Assembly: GCA_009885205.1 (NCBI GenBank)
Contig: VFLE01000055.1
Coordinates: 11,236-75,235 of the forward strand
From: Candidatus Shapirobacteria bacterium
GTDB taxonomy: Bacteria > Patescibacteriota > Microgenomatia > UBA12405
Direction of reading: 5' to 3'
Length of the DNA stretch: 64,000 nt
The notes under the pieces: model-generated
What the model was told of the DNA's origin: nothing
Databases searched by the model: none
What the model saw: only the letters and a program-made list of their open reading frames with translations
Translations under genes and position numbers: made by a program
Part shown: piece by piece, positions 8,986 through 19,358 of the stretch
Layout of the letters: every line of letters starts with the position of its first letter
Position numbering within the stretch: position 1 is the first letter of the stretch

Positions 8986-9566
8986 TTTATTTTTTCAATC
9001 TCTTTAACTATATCTTCAAAAATAGGTTCGATGGGGCGATTGCCGTTGATATCGATGAATTTTCCTTTACCTACAAAATAATCTTTGATACCTTCGATGT
9101 TGTCATCATAAAATTTTTGACGATTGGCAATATCCTGTGGGGTATTGTCAGTACGAGTTTTGTCTTGAAATTCTTCACCGGCTTTATCTCGGCGGTCTTT
9201 TATTTGTTGGAAAGATAGAGTTAAATGAATTAAAGTAGTCAGTGGGGCATTGTTTTTGCGTAAATAAAATTCAACAATACGGCCTTGATTTAAAACTCGG
9301 GGAAAACCATCGACGATAAAATTTTTATAGTCGAGTGATTTTAGGTGGGAAATTAAAACATCGAAAACTAAATCATCGGGGACGAGTTTTCCATTATCAA
9401 TATATGATTTGGCTTCGATACCAAAACCAGATTTTTTAGCAATTTCGTCACGAAGCAACTGCCCCATGGAAATATGGGTTAAATTATATTTTTCTGCCAC
9501 CATTTTGGCCTGAGTGGTTTTGCCACAACCTGATGGACCGATGATGAAAAGATTTAGAGGTGTCAT
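8982..9566 (-). CDS. adk: Adenylate kinase (short LID)
   Basis: GPSGCGKTTQ, DGFPR, RTDN; follows secY. Confidence 0.9.
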   Translation of the reverse strand: MTPLNLFIIGPSGCGKTTQAKMVAEKYNLTHISMGQLLRDEIAKKSGFGIEAKSYIDNGKLVPDDLVFDVLISHLKSLDYKNFIVDGFPRVLNQGRIVEFYLRKNNAPLTTLIHLTLSFQQIKDRRDKAGEEFQDKTRTDNTPQDIANRQKFYDDNIEGIKDYFVGKGKFIDINGNRPIEPIFEDIVKEIEKIK

Positions 9567-9619
9567 ATTGAGTTAGTATAACGAATTGTGGATTGATTTA
9601 CAGATGGTTGATTATATTC

Positions 9620-9700
9620 GTAGAGACGCCATATATGGCGTCTCTACATGGAATCGAAAAGGCCGATTATTGGGGAGTAAACGCATCGAAACAAACATTG
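9620..9700. repeat. GTAG palindrome 3 (core CCATATATGG, 9620-9647) plus conserved tail
   Basis: Perfect 28-bp palindrome; tail GCCGATTATTGGGGAGTAAACGCATCGAAACAAACATTG. Confidence 0.95.
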
Positions 9701-9712
9701 ATAGGGAATTTT

Positions 9713-10993
9713 TTAATACGATAATTTTTCGTAATGATGCATTTGGACGACGTTTTCGATCTTACGGGTTAATTCGAGAATTACTGAGACGACGATGAGA
9801 ACACTGGTTCCACCAACAGTTAGAGAGGTGACACCAGTCATATTTTGAATTATAGATGGAACAATAGCGATGAGACCTAAAAATACAGCACCAACTAAGA
9901 CAACTCGATTTAATAAAAATTTAAGTCGATTTTCGGTGGCAATACCAGGACGGATACCGGGCATAAATCCGCCAGATTTGCGAAGCTCGTCGGCGACGTC
10001 TTTTGGTTTAAAGACCACCGAGGCATAGAAAAAAGTAAAGGCCAAGACTAATATAAAATAGAAAATAATATAAACATAACTGGTTTGGGAAAAAGTTTTG
10101 GTCAATTGAGAGGCAAATGAGGCAATGGCTGAGTTACTATTATTAACCAAGGCCTGACCTAGTAATGAGGGCAATGAAGCGAGAGAGACGGCAAAAATAA
10201 TGGGCATGACGCCGGCAACATTGACCTTCATGGGTAAATAAGTTACTTGGGCTCGTTTGGCATAATTGATGGGAATACGCAAAATGGCCTCTTCAACCAT
10301 GACTACGGCTAAAATAATACCAAAGGCCAGAGCAGCAAATAATAATATATTAAATAATGTTTCGGGATTGGAAAAATCGGATAAGGCTAAAGTTTGGAAA
10401 AGACCGACAGGTAGACGAGAAATGATACCAGCAAAGATAATAATAGAGATACCATTACCCACTCCAAAATCATTAATTAGCTCACCTAAAAATATCATAA
10501 TCATGGTTCCGGCGACCATGGAGGTGATCAGTGAGGTCATGGCGAGTATATTTAAACTGCCGATGATATTTTGAGAGTGAAGAATGCCGTACATAGCAAA
10601 AGCCTGAAAAGCGGCCAATGGAATGGTAATTATTCGGGTATATTGGTTGATTTTGGCTCGACCATACTCCCCTTCTTTTTGTAAAGCTTTTAACTCAGGG
10701 ATAACAAAAGCCAACATTTGGAGCATAATTGAGGCGTTGATGTAAGGATTTAAACCCAAAGCGGCAATAGAAAAATTGGCTAGGGTTCCGCCGGAAAATA
10801 TATCTAGCAATGATAATAGTTGATTTTGAGCAAAAAAAGATCGAAGTAAGGTAAAATTTACCCCAGGGACAGGAATATGGGCAATAAAACGAAATAAAAC
10901 TAAAATACCCAGAGTAATTAAAATTTTCTTTTTGAGAATAGGGGTTTTGAAGCCCTCAAGGTAAAGAGATAAGGATTTGACCAAATAGTTCAT
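9713..10993 (-). CDS. secY: Preprotein translocase SecY
   Basis: [24 protein letters not shown]. Confidence 0.97.
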   Translation of the reverse strand: MNYLVKSLSLYLEGFKTPILKKKILITLGILVLFRFIAHIPVPGVNFTLLRSFFAQNQLLSLLDIFSGGTLANFSIAALGLNPYINASIMLQMLAFVIPELKALQKEGEYGRAKINQYTRIITIPLAAFQAFAMYGILHSQNIIGSLNILAMTSLITSMVAGTMIMIFLGELINDFGVGNGISIIIFAGIISRLPVGLFQTLALSDFSNPETLFNILLFAALAFGIILAVVMVEEAILRIPINYAKRAQVTYLPMKVNVAGVMPIIFAVSLASLPSLLGQALVNNSNSAIASFASQLTKTFSQTSYVYIIFYFILVLAFTFFYASVVFKPKDVADELRKSGGFMPGIRPGIATENRLKFLLNRVVLVGAVFLGLIAIVPSIIQNMTGVTSLTVGGTSVLIVVSVILELTRKIENVVQMHHYEKLSY

Positions 10994-11424
10994 GCTTCTA
11001 TCTTAGCACGAGCAGCAGCTGACAATTTAACATCTGTAAATGTTAATTTTTTGGTTAATTTACCAGCTGACAAAATTTTGACACCGAATTTTTGACGACG
11101 AATGTCGAGTTTGGGAAATTTTTCAAAAATAGTTTTAACTGAGACTATCTCACCAGTTTTGTAGTTCTTTTCAATTTGGGCTAGGGTAATAATCTCGGGT
11201 TTTGGCAGAGCATTGGTACGATGTTTACCCCTAAGGAAAGGCAATCGCTTGATCCAACCCTTTTTGATTTTGGTGCCATCAAAGGTTAATTTGACTTTAC
11301 CTCTAACTTTGCGGCCTTTGGCACCACGACCAGTAGTATGACCACCAACGCCAGAACCAATGCCACGACCAACTCTTTTTTGGGCTTTGTCAGTTGTTTT
11401 GGTTAAATTACTTAGAGTATCCAT
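10990..11424 (-). CDS. rplO: 50S ribosomal protein L15
   Basis: [18 protein letters not shown]; start at ATG 11424. Confidence 0.93.
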   Translation of the reverse strand: MDTLSNLTKTTDKAQKRVGRGIGSGVGGHTTGRGAKGRKVRGKVKLTFDGTKIKKGWIKRLPFLRGKHRTNALPKPEIITLAQIEKNYKTGEIVSVKTIFEKFPKLDIRRQKFGVKILSAGKLTKKLTFTDVKLSAAARAKIEA

Positions 11425-11428
11425 ATTT

Positions 11429-11905
11429 TTAGAGTGATTGTAAAGCTTTAAAAGTAGCCATGACGTTGACTGATTTATTTTTGGAGCCAATAATTTTGGA
11501 AACTATATCTTGGATACCGGCTAGTTCGACGACAGCCCGAACTGGTCCACCGGCAATGAGACCACTACCTTTTTTACCAGGACGAAGCATAATAATAGCA
11601 CCTTTGAATTTTAGGGTCATGTTCGTTGAAATAGTACCGTTGACGATGGGGATAGAAACTAAAGATTTTTGAGCTTTTTTGATAGCTTTGGCAATGGCAT
11701 CGGCCACTGATTTTGCCCTAGCATGGCCCAAACCTACACGTGACTTTTTGTCACCAGAGACGACTAAGGCAGTAAAAGAAACTTGATTGCCACCTTTGGT
11801 TTTTTTGGAAACACGTTTGATTTCCATAACCTTGTCAGTAAATTCGCTGACTGGTTTTTCAAATTTTTCAAAATGAGCTCGTTGATTGTTTTGTGATGTA
11901 TCCAT
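11429..11905 (-). CDS. rpsE: 30S ribosomal protein S5
   Basis: RVSKKTKGG, GLIAGGPVRAV. Confidence 0.95.
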   Translation of the reverse strand: MDTSQNNQRAHFEKFEKPVSEFTDKVMEIKRVSKKTKGGNQVSFTALVVSGDKKSRVGLGHARAKSVADAIAKAIKKAQKSLVSIPIVNGTISTNMTLKFKGAIIMLRPGKKGSGLIAGGPVRAVVELAGIQDIVSKIIGSKNKSVNVMATFKALQSL

Positions 11906-11910
11906 ATTTT

Positions 11911-12258
11911 TTAAAATTTTAGTCCACCCTGACGGGCAGCATCGGCTAACGCTTTGACACGACCATGATAACGATATGGTCCACGGTCAAATCTTAAATG
12001 GGAAAGTTTTTGGGTGAGAGCGAGTTTGGCAATGGCGGTACCGACGGCAGTAGCCTGTTCCATTTTGGTGCCTTTGATTAATTTTAAAGTTTTAGTAGAA
12101 GTGGAAGCTAAAGTTTTGCCATGTTTATCATCAATTATTTGAACCCAAATATGACAATTTGATCTAAAAACTGTCAAACGAGGGACACCTAAATTTTGAG
12201 CGATTTTAGATCTAACTCGATTTTGACGTCGTAATTTAGTGTTGTGAATAATTGACAT
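11911..12258 (-). CDS. rplR: 50S ribosomal protein L18
   Basis: PRLTVFRSN, FDRGPYRYHGRV. Confidence 0.96.
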   Translation of the reverse strand: MSIIHNTKLRRQNRVRSKIAQNLGVPRLTVFRSNCHIWVQIIDDKHGKTLASTSTKTLKLIKGTKMEQATAVGTAIAKLALTQKLSHLRFDRGPYRYHGRVKALADAARQGGLKF

Positions 12259-12262
12259 AGGT

Positions 12263-12802
12263 TTAAGCTTTGGCGGTTTTACCGGCTTTTAATTTTATAA
12301 ATTCGTTTAAATAACGGATACCTTTGCCTTTATACGGTTCGGGTGGTCTAATTTTGCGAATATTGGAAGCGACTTGACCAACAACTGTTTTATCGATTCC
12401 GGCAACAGTAATTTTGGTATCATCGGTGACGGTAAAAACGACATCTTGAGGGGCGGTGACAAAAACAGGATGAATAAATCCAGCAATAACGGTTAACTTG
12501 TCGCCATTAACTGAAGCTTTGTAACCAGTACCGCGGACTTCGAGCTCTTTTTGCCAACCAGTAACGACACCAATAATCATGTTGTTAATGTGAGCCCGAA
12601 TAGCACCATGGTTAGAACGGGTTTTTTTGTCTTCTGATGATCGGCTAACAGTCAAAATATTTTTGGCAACTACAACTTCAATTCGAGCAGGTAAATTTTG
12701 GATCAAAGTACCTTTGGGACCAGTGACAGTGACAACAGATTTGTCAATGGTGATGGTGACATTTTCGGGAATAGTGATTAATTGACGGCCAATTCTTGAC
12801 AT
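12263..12802 (-). CDS. rplF: 50S ribosomal protein L6
   Basis: MSRIGR, RPPEPYKGKGIRY. Confidence 0.96.
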   Translation of the reverse strand: MSRIGRQLITIPENVTITIDKSVVTVTGPKGTLIQNLPARIEVVVAKNILTVSRSSEDKKTRSNHGAIRAHINNMIIGVVTGWQKELEVRGTGYKASVNGDKLTVIAGFIHPVFVTAPQDVVFTVTDDTKITVAGIDKTVVGQVASNIRKIRPPEPYKGKGIRYLNEFIKLKAGKTAKA

Positions 12803-12806
12803 ATAT

Positions 12807-13175
12807 TTACCAAATTTGGGCGATAAGTTCACCCCCAACTTTTTTGGCGACTGCTTCACGTTGAGACAGAAGACCAGATGAGGTGGAAATAATAATTAAA
12901 GATTTGCTAGATTTTCCCCAGGGAATATTGTGAGAATTAACATAAAGATGACGACCGGGTTTGGATAATATTTCGACATCATTGACAACTGGATTTGAAA
13001 TGGTGATTTTATGTGTCTTTGAATCGGCCGAAAAATCGGAAATAAATCCATGTTTTTTTAATTTGGCACAAATATCACGGGAAAAACTGGAGTCGATAGC
13101 CACAAAAGATTGGCGTTTGCTCAAAGAAGCATTTTTGACCCTAATTAATAAATCGCAGTATAAAGAGTTCATCAT
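12807..13175 (-). CDS. rpsH: 30S ribosomal protein S8
   Basis: SKPGRHLY, ISTSSGL, VGGE. Confidence 0.93.
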   Translation of the reverse strand: MMNSLYCDLLIRVKNASLSKRQSFVAIDSSFSRDICAKLKKHGFISDFSADSKTHKITISNPVVNDVEILSKPGRHLYVNSHNIPWGKSSKSLIIISTSSGLLSQREAVAKKVGGELIAQIW

Positions 13176-13180
13176 ATATT

Positions 13181-13366
13181 TTACCAGCTGGCTCGGCTGA
13201 CACCAGGCAACATGCCAGTGTTGGCTAATTTTCTAAAACATAAACGACATAAACCAAAGGCGCGGATAAAGGCGCGAGGACGACCACAAACATTGCAGCG
13301 ATTGTGATGACGGTTTGAGAAGCGTAGTTTTTTTGTTTCTCGATATATTTTTGCAGTTGTGGCCAT
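13181..13366 (-). CDS. rpsZ: 30S ribosomal protein S14 (zinc-binding type Z)
   Basis: RCNVCGRPR, LCRLCFR. Confidence 0.95.
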   Translation of the reverse strand: MATTAKIYRETKKLRFSNRHHNRCNVCGRPRAFIRAFGLCRLCFRKLANTGMLPGVSRASW

Positions 13367-13373
13367 ATAATTT

Positions 13374-13907
13374 TTATTCTTTTACAAATGGAAAACCTAG
13401 GGTGGATAATAACATTTTTGAATCGTCTATTGAAGAGGCAGATATGTTTAGGGTAACTTCAACACCCCGAATAGTACCAACAGCGTCGAGGTCAACTTCG
13501 GGAAAGTAAGTTTGATCACGAATAGTGAGACTATAATTTCCCTGACCATCAAATGAGGTAAGAGGTAAGCCTTTAAAATCACGTAGCCGAGGTAAAACTA
13601 AATTAAAAAGTTTGTCAACAAAATTGTACATACGAACACCACGAAGAGTGACTTTTAAAGCTAATGGATCATTCTCACGTAATTTAAAAGTTGAAACAGA
13701 TTTTTTGGATAAACGTAATGATGGTTTTTGACCAGTAATAGCGATTATTTCTTTTTCGGCCTTGGCTAGAGCTTCTTTGCTTTCACGGGCCTCAGCTACG
13801 CGATAATTGATGACGACTTTATTTAATTTTGGCAAGGAAAAAATGTTGCGTTTTTTACCAAATTTTTCGATTAATAATTTATTAATTTCGGTGGGAGTGT
13901 AGATCAT
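13374..13907 (-). CDS. rplE: 50S ribosomal protein L5
   Basis: ITGQKP, LPRLRDFKG, FDGQGNY. Confidence 0.95.
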   Translation of the reverse strand: MIYTPTEINKLLIEKFGKKRNIFSLPKLNKVVINYRVAEARESKEALAKAEKEIIAITGQKPSLRLSKKSVSTFKLRENDPLALKVTLRGVRMYNFVDKLFNLVLPRLRDFKGLPLTSFDGQGNYSLTIRDQTYFPEVDLDAVGTIRGVEVTLNISASSIDDSKMLLSTLGFPFVKE

Positions 13908-13910
13908 ATA

Positions 13911-14228
13911 TTATTTTTTAGATATTAAGGGAGCTTGGCATTTTTTGCAAATGCGGGTTTTGACACCATTTTTATCAACATTGTAACCGACACGAACAGT
14001 TTTGGAACAAGAGGGACAAACGAGAGCAACTTTGGAAACTAAAAGCGATCTTTCTTTTTCAACAATTCCACCTTTTTGACCATTTTGAGGTTTAACATGT
14101 TTTTTGAAAATGTTTAAACCCTTGACAACTATTTTTAATGTTTTGGGGAATGACATGATAACTTCACCTGTACGCCCTTTGTCTTTGCCTAAGAGTATTT
14201 TGACTTGATCACCTTTTAAAATTTTCAT
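13911..14228 (-). CDS. rplX: 50S ribosomal protein L24
   Basis: KGDQV..GKDKGRTG; Cys pairs. Confidence 0.94.
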   Translation of the reverse strand: MKILKGDQVKILLGKDKGRTGEVIMSFPKTLKIVVKGLNIFKKHVKPQNGQKGGIVEKERSLLVSKVALVCPSCSKTVRVGYNVDKNGVKTRICKKCQAPLISKK

Positions 14229-14235
14229 ATTATTT

Positions 14236-14604
14236 TTAATAAACTTCCTTGGCCATGGAGGCAATTTTACTAAATCCTAAATCTTTGATTTCGCGGGCAA
14301 TAGGGCCAAAAATACGAGTTCCTCGTGGATTTTTTTGGGTATCAATAATAACCCCGGCGTTATCGGAAAATCGAATATAAGAACCGTCGGTCCGGCCAAT
14401 TTCTTTGCGAGTACGAACAATAACAACTTTGACTTTTTCTTTCTTTTTGACTAAACCGTTGGGAAGAGCTTCTTTGACGACACCCAAAACTATATCGCCA
14501 ATAGTGGCTGATTTGTGTTTTGAACCAGTGTAAATATGCATCACCATTAGAGACTTGGCCCCACAGTTGTCGGCTGGCTTGATGATGGAACGAAGTTGTA
14601 ACAT
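14236..14604 (-). CDS. rplN: 50S ribosomal protein L14
   Basis: ADNCGAK, PRGTRIFGPIARE. Confidence 0.96.
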   Translation of the reverse strand: MLQLRSIIKPADNCGAKSLMVMHIYTGSKHKSATIGDIVLGVVKEALPNGLVKKKEKVKVVIVRTRKEIGRTDGSYIRFSDNAGVIIDTQKNPRGTRIFGPIAREIKDLGFSKIASMAKEVY

Positions 14605-14605
14605 A

Positions 14606-14869
14606 TTATTTTTTAATTATTGATACGGTTGTAAATCTTTTTAAATGAGAAAGTGGTTTAACTTCTCGAGCTTTGATTGTATCACCAATTACGGCCTTTA
14701 GGTTATTATCAACGTAAATTTTTTTGGATCGTTTGACTGTTTTTTTGTAAAGTGGATGTTGAAATTTGTAATCCATTTTGACAACGATAGTCCCCTGCAT
14801 TTTGTCAGAAACAACTGTTCCGGTAAATATTTTGCCAGTAATGGTATTGGTTTTATTTTTTATAGTCAT
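14606..14869 (-). CDS. rpsQ: 30S ribosomal protein S17
   Basis: GTVVSDKM, HPLYKK, KPLS. Confidence 0.94.
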   Translation of the reverse strand: MTIKNKTNTITGKIFTGTVVSDKMQGTIVVKMDYKFQHPLYKKTVKRSKKIYVDNNLKAVIGDTIKAREVKPLSHLKRFTTVSIIKK

Positions 14870-15039
14870 TATTTTGTTTTTGCCAAACTAGTAGAGAGAG
14901 TAGCAATTTCGCGACGTAATTTTCTAAAAACAGAAGTGTCTTTAAGATTACCTAAGAATTGTTTGGATTTTGCTTCGACTATTTCCTTTCTTTTGGTTAA
15001 AATAAGCGATAGTGTGTCTATTTTATCATTTTTTTTCAT
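14869..15039 (-). CDS. rpmC: 50S ribosomal protein L29
   Basis: Manual translation, 56 aa with GNLKDTSVFRKLRREIA; between rplP and rpsQ. Confidence 0.88.
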   Translation of the reverse strand: MKKNDKIDTLSLILTKRKEIVEAKSKQFLGNLKDTSVFRKLRREIATLSTSLAKTK

Positions 15040-15042
15040 AAA

Positions 15043-15444
15043 TTAAAGTTTTTTGACGAACCTAGTAACACAAGGGAGTTTGGCACCAGCCAAGCGAAGG
15101 GCTTCACGAGCTTCTGGCTCAGTAATACCGGTAACTTCGAATAAAATACGACCTGGTTTGACAACCGCAACATAACCTTTGACATCACCCTTGCCAGCAC
15201 CCATGGTGCCTTCGCCTTTTTTGGTAAAGGGTTTGTCAGGAAAGATACGAATCCACATTCGACCGGCTCGTTTAGTGGAATGGGCAATGGAGCGCCGCGC
15301 CGATTCGATTTGATTGCTGGTTACCCAGCTACATTCCATGGCTTTGAGACCGTATTCACCAAATTCGACAAGATTGCCGGCAGATTTGCCGTGCATATTG
15401 CCACGAAAGGCTTTTCTAAATTTGGTACGACTTGGTTGTAACAT
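15043..15444 (-). CDS. rplP: 50S ribosomal protein L16
   Basis: MLQP.RTKFRK, WIRIFPDKP, MGAGKG. Confidence 0.96.
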   Translation of the reverse strand: MLQPSRTKFRKAFRGNMHGKSAGNLVEFGEYGLKAMECSWVTSNQIESARRSIAHSTKRAGRMWIRIFPDKPFTKKGEGTMGAGKGDVKGYVAVVKPGRILFEVTGITEPEAREALRLAGAKLPCVTRFVKKL

Positions 15445-15445
15445 A

Positions 15446-15509
15446 TAATTTAATTTTTAATTTAAAATTTTTAATTTTTAATCAATTTATAATTTTTAAT
15501 TTATAAATT
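15446..15509. repeat. AT-rich heptamer tract (TAATTTT-like) between rpsC and rplP
   Basis: Degenerate 7-bp periodicity. Confidence 0.6.
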
Positions 15510-15520
15510 AATAAAAAAAA

Positions 15521-16162
15521 TTAAGCAAGGCATAAATAAACTTTAATACCGATATAGCCAGATCGGGTTAGACATGGGGTTTCAAAATAATCGATGTGTG
15601 ATTTTATGGTAGATAGGGGGACAGTTCCCTTGGAAAATTTTTCACGACGAGAAATTTCGGCACCGTTAATACGACCAGAAAGAACAACTTTAATGCCCTT
15701 GGCCCCAGCATTCATGGTTTTTTCGATAGCAGAAAGAACAGCCCGACGATAAGGCATACGCTTGGCCAATTGAAAAGAAATTTTTTCGGCGACTAATTTG
15801 GCGGAAAAATCGACATTACGAAATTCTTCGACCTGAATATCAATTGATATTTTGGCACTCGATTTGGTTAATAATTTTTGGATATCTTTTTTGAGAGTTT
15901 CTAGCTCTTTGCCCCCTCGACCGATGACTAGACCAGGACGGGAAACAACTAATATAATTTTAATTTTTTTGACTGATCGCTCGATACGAATAGTGACTAC
16001 CCCTGCCGAAGCTAATTTTGTTTGGACAAATTCGCGAATACGTTTGTCTTCCATTAAAAGAATGGGGTATTTCTTTTTGTCGGCATACCAGGATGAATTC
16101 CAGTCAGGAGCGTTGACCGAGGTTTTTAATCTAAAGGCTAGTGGATTAATTTTTTGACCCAT
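15521..16162 (-). CDS. rpsC: 30S ribosomal protein S3
   Basis: MGQKINP, RPGLVIGRGG, SGRINGAEISR. Confidence 0.96.
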   Translation of the reverse strand: MGQKINPLAFRLKTSVNAPDWNSSWYADKKKYPILLMEDKRIREFVQTKLASAGVVTIRIERSVKKIKIILVVSRPGLVIGRGGKELETLKKDIQKLLTKSSAKISIDIQVEEFRNVDFSAKLVAEKISFQLAKRMPYRRAVLSAIEKTMNAGAKGIKVVLSGRINGAEISRREKFSKGTVPLSTIKSHIDYFETPCLTRSGYIGIKVYLCLA

Positions 16163-16165
16163 ATT

Positions 16166-16540
16166 TTATTGTTTAATTTGGCCTTTGACCACCATATTGA
16201 GGCGGCTGTGGCGACGGATAATAATACCACGAGCAAAGCGAGAACCATGAGATTTGTCGGTTCTTTTGGTTTTTGGACCTTCGTTGACTAAAAATGAGCC
16301 AAAGATTAAGGTTTCGGGAATTAAATTATAATTATTTTTGGCGGTAGCGATGGCGGTTTGAATGGCTTTGGTTAGAACGCGAGCTGATTTGGTGTTGGTA
16401 AACTTTAGCTTTGACAAAGCAGAGATAACGGGAAGTTTTTTGATGGTTTCAACCAAAAGGCGTAATTTGCGAGGAGAAATCTGGATGTTTTTATCGGTAT
16501 AGATAGATTGGCCGGTAGTGAGAGTTGGTGTGGTGGTCAT
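16166..16540 (-). CDS. rplV: 50S ribosomal protein L22
   Basis: ISPRKLRL, VNEGP; synteny. Confidence 0.92.
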   Translation of the reverse strand: MTTTPTLTTGQSIYTDKNIQISPRKLRLLVETIKKLPVISALSKLKFTNTKSARVLTKAIQTAIATAKNNYNLIPETLIFGSFLVNEGPKTKRTDKSHGSRFARGIIIRRHSRLNMVVKGQIKQ

Positions 16541-16545
16541 ATATT

Positions 16546-16815
16546 TTAGGTTTTTTCAATAACACGTTTAACAATACGACCATGACCTTTGAAGGTTCTA
16601 GTTAAAGAGAATTCCCCCAAACGGTGACCGACCATGTCTTCGGTAATAAAGACGTTAATAAACTTTTTGCCATTGTGAACACCAAAATTTTTGCCGACAA
16701 ACTCGGGAGGGATTTGACAGTTACGAGAATAGGTGTTGACGACACCAGTGGTTTTGGTAACTTTTTCAAGTAGTCGAGGATCGATATATGGACCTTTTTT
16801 GCTTGATCTTGACAT
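16546..16815 (-). CDS. rpsS: 30S ribosomal protein S19
   Basis: [20 protein letters not shown]. Confidence 0.96.
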   Translation of the reverse strand: MSRSSKKGPYIDPRLLEKVTKTTGVVNTYSRNCQIPPEFVGKNFGVHNGKKFINVFITEDMVGHRLGEFSLTRTFKGHGRIVKRVIEKT

Positions 16816-16816
16816 A

Positions 16817-17560
16817 TTATTTGGTACGATGCTTAACGATTAAACGATTAGATTTGTTTTTGCGTTTACGAGTCTTTTTGCCCATAGCGGGTTTGCCCCA
16901 AGGAGTTTTGGGGTTCATACCAATACTAGATCGGCCTTCACCACCTCCATGAGGATGCGAGTGAGGATTTTGAGCCACACCCCGAACACTAGGACGAATA
17001 CCGCGATGACGGGAATCACCAGCTTTGGTTAATTTTTGATTAGAGTGATCGGCGTTACTTAACTGACCAATAGTGGCGGTACATAAGGCAGAAAATAATC
17101 GAAGTTCGCCGGAAGGGAGCTTGACCGTAACTTTTTGATCGTCAATACTTTGAATATAGGCCGCCGAACCGGCAGACTTGACAAGTTGGGCCTTGGAACC
17201 AGGGCGAAATTCAAGGTTGTGGATAGCCATACCAACGGGAATCTGACCTAAAGGTAATTTATTACCTTCTTTAATTGGGGCGGTAACGGAATAAACAACT
17301 TTGTCACCAATTTTCATGTTGACAGTGGCTAAAATGTAATTTTTAGTCCCATCGACATAGGTTAAGCAAGCAATATCGACAGTACGATTTGGATCGTATT
17401 GAATGTCGGTAACTTTGGCAACAATGTCAAGTTTTGATCTTTGGGAATCAATTAAACGAATAAATCGTTTATGTTCGCCGCCACGATGGCGAACAGAAAC
17501 ATGACCCTGAGAATCACGGCCTGATCGTTTCTTTTTGATTTTTAATAATTTACTTTTCAT
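16817..17560 (-). CDS. rplB: 50S ribosomal protein L2
   Basis: [26 protein letters not shown]. Confidence 0.96.
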   Translation of the reverse strand: MKSKLLKIKKKRSGRDSQGHVSVRHRGGEHKRFIRLIDSQRSKLDIVAKVTDIQYDPNRTVDIACLTYVDGTKNYILATVNMKIGDKVVYSVTAPIKEGNKLPLGQIPVGMAIHNLEFRPGSKAQLVKSAGSAAYIQSIDDQKVTVKLPSGELRLFSALCTATIGQLSNADHSNQKLTKAGDSRHRGIRPSVRGVAQNPHSHPHGGGEGRSSIGMNPKTPWGKPAMGKKTRKRKNKSNRLIVKHRTK

Positions 17561-17837
17561 TTTTGAGAGTTAACATATCAATTTTTTGATCTTTGCCAAC
17601 AGTGATAATGGCTTTTTTGATATCGGGTTTATTGATTGGTCGACGATTTTTCCAATTGGTTTTGACTTTACCCTTAATAGTGACAGTATTGACAGCTAGA
17701 GGGGTAATACCAAAAACTTTTTTAAATTCGCTAGCAATTTGATCTTTATTGGTATTTTTATCAACAACAAAGGTATATTTCCCCAAAGATTGGGTATATA
17801 TGGCTTTTTCAGAAATAATGGGTTTTTTGAGTGACAT
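17550..17837 (-). CDS. rplW: 50S ribosomal protein L23
   Basis: PIISEK, YTFVV, KKAIIT. Confidence 0.94.
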   Translation of the reverse strand: MSLKKPIISEKAIYTQSLGKYTFVVDKNTNKDQIASEFKKVFGITPLAVNTVTIKGKVKTNWKNRRPINKPDIKKAIITVGKDQKIDMLTLKNEK

Positions 17838-18473
17838 TTATTTGCTTAGTTTATTAATTGATTTTTTGGTAAATATCAAAAAATTTTGACAAGACAGATT
17901 ATAAGGGTTTAGGGATGATAAAGAAAGGAGGTTGATTCCGGGAATATTGCTAAAAGCACGTTTGATTGATGGAGTTGGTTTAGAAATTACTAAACCAATT
18001 TTTTTTGATTTAGATAATTGCTCGTTTTGTTTTTCTAGTTTATCGATCAAAGCAAAAGCCGATTTGGTTTTTGGAGTAATGGCACTTAATTTTTCGATAG
18101 CAATAATGGCCGAATTTTTGGCAAATTTTGAATAAATAGTTTTTAAAGCAGCAATTTTCATGCTCTTGGTTAATTTTAGTTTGTAGTTTTGGTTACCTCG
18201 GGGACCATGGGCACTACCACCACCAACAAACTGTGGAGCTTTGGCAGTTGAATGACGGGCATTACCTGTACCTTTTTGGGCATACATTTTTTTGGTAGTA
18301 CCAGCGACTTCACCGCGGTGCTTGGCTTTGGCATGGGCGGAGCGCAAATTACTTTGAGCGACACGAATAGCCTGGGCCAATAACTTGTCATTAATCTTGG
18401 CTTCAAATAAAGACTTGGGTAAATTAATAGTTCCAGTTTTTTTACCTTCAATATTGTAAAGATCGGCTGTCAT
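17838..18473 (-). CDS. rplD: 50S ribosomal protein L4
   Basis: RGEVAG, QKGTGNARH, GGGSAHGP. Confidence 0.95.
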   Translation of the reverse strand: MTADLYNIEGKKTGTINLPKSLFEAKINDKLLAQAIRVAQSNLRSAHAKAKHRGEVAGTTKKMYAQKGTGNARHSTAKAPQFVGGGSAHGPRGNQNYKLKLTKSMKIAALKTIYSKFAKNSAIIAIEKLSAITPKTKSAFALIDKLEKQNEQLSKSKKIGLVISKPTPSIKRAFSNIPGINLLSLSSLNPYNLSCQNFLIFTKKSINKLSK

Positions 18474-18474
18474 A

Positions 18475-19032
18475 TTATTTGGTAATGGTGACCCAAGAAT
18501 TAAGATGGCCGGGGACCGAGCCGCTAACGTAGATTAGATTTTTGACAGTGTCTAAAGATACAATTTTTAGGTGAGTTACGGTCATATTTTTGTTGCCGTA
18601 ATGACCTGGCATTTTTTTACCACGAATAACCTTGCCTGGGGTTTGAGCACCAATGGCACCGGGTGCTCGGACACGATCAGATTGACCACCAGAAACTGGT
18701 TGACGACGAAAACCGTGACGTTTGATAACTCCGGCAAAACCATGACCTTTGGTCTTAGCAGTGACAGAAACATCGTCATTTATGGCAAAAACTAATTCTG
18801 GAGTAATCTCGGAATTGACCTCGGGTAGAGATTCTAAATTTACAGGAGCAAACTCGACATGGCCTTTGACACCATAAGCGATTTGAACTGCATCATAACC
18901 ATCACGAAGTTTATTGCGAAGTAGAGAGACCTTAACTGGTTTGGCATAGAGAGCAGTGACGGCAATTCTTTGACCTTTATCGTTGTAGATATTAGACATT
19001 GATTTTTTTTGAGCAATATATCCAGAAATCAT
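18475..19032 (-). CDS. rplC: 50S ribosomal protein L3 (short)
   Basis: DGYDAVQ, KGHGFAGVIKRHGF, KKMPGHYG. Confidence 0.95.
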   Translation of the reverse strand: MISGYIAQKKSMSNIYNDKGQRIAVTALYAKPVKVSLLRNKLRDGYDAVQIAYGVKGHVEFAPVNLESLPEVNSEITPELVFAINDDVSVTAKTKGHGFAGVIKRHGFRRQPVSGGQSDRVRAPGAIGAQTPGKVIRGKKMPGHYGNKNMTVTHLKIVSLDTVKNLIYVSGSVPGHLNSWVTITK

Positions 19033-19040
19033 AGGTAGGT

Positions 19041-19355
19041 TTACATTTTAACTTCGACATCAACTCCGGAGGGTAAATCCAAATGCTGAAGGCTATCAAC
19101 AGTGCGAAGAGAAGCACTAAAAACATCAATTAAGCGTTTGTGGGTCAAAATTTGATAATGATCACGAGCGTTCTTGTCACCATGAGGTGAGGTTAAAACA
19201 GTAATAATTTTACGATTAGTAGGTAGTGGAATTGGACCTTGAACCGAAGCACCAGCAGTAACCGCAGCTTGGACTATCTTGACCGCCGCCTCGTCAATGA
19301 GGCGGTGGTCAAAAGATTTGAGTCTGATTCTAATACGAGTACCTTTGGTGGCCAT
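19041..19355 (-). CDS. rpsJ: 30S ribosomal protein S10
   Basis: IRIRLKSFDHRLID, GPIPLPT. Confidence 0.96.
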   Translation of the reverse strand: MATKGTRIRIRLKSFDHRLIDEAAVKIVQAAVTAGASVQGPIPLPTNRKIITVLTSPHGDKNARDHYQILTHKRLIDVFSASLRTVDSLQHLDLPSGVDVEVKM

Positions 19356-19358
19356 TTT

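Noticed and set aside
9586-9798. 70-aa ORF spanning palindrome 3
   Set aside because: TTG start, antisense overlap with secY, sequence largely made of the repeat unit.
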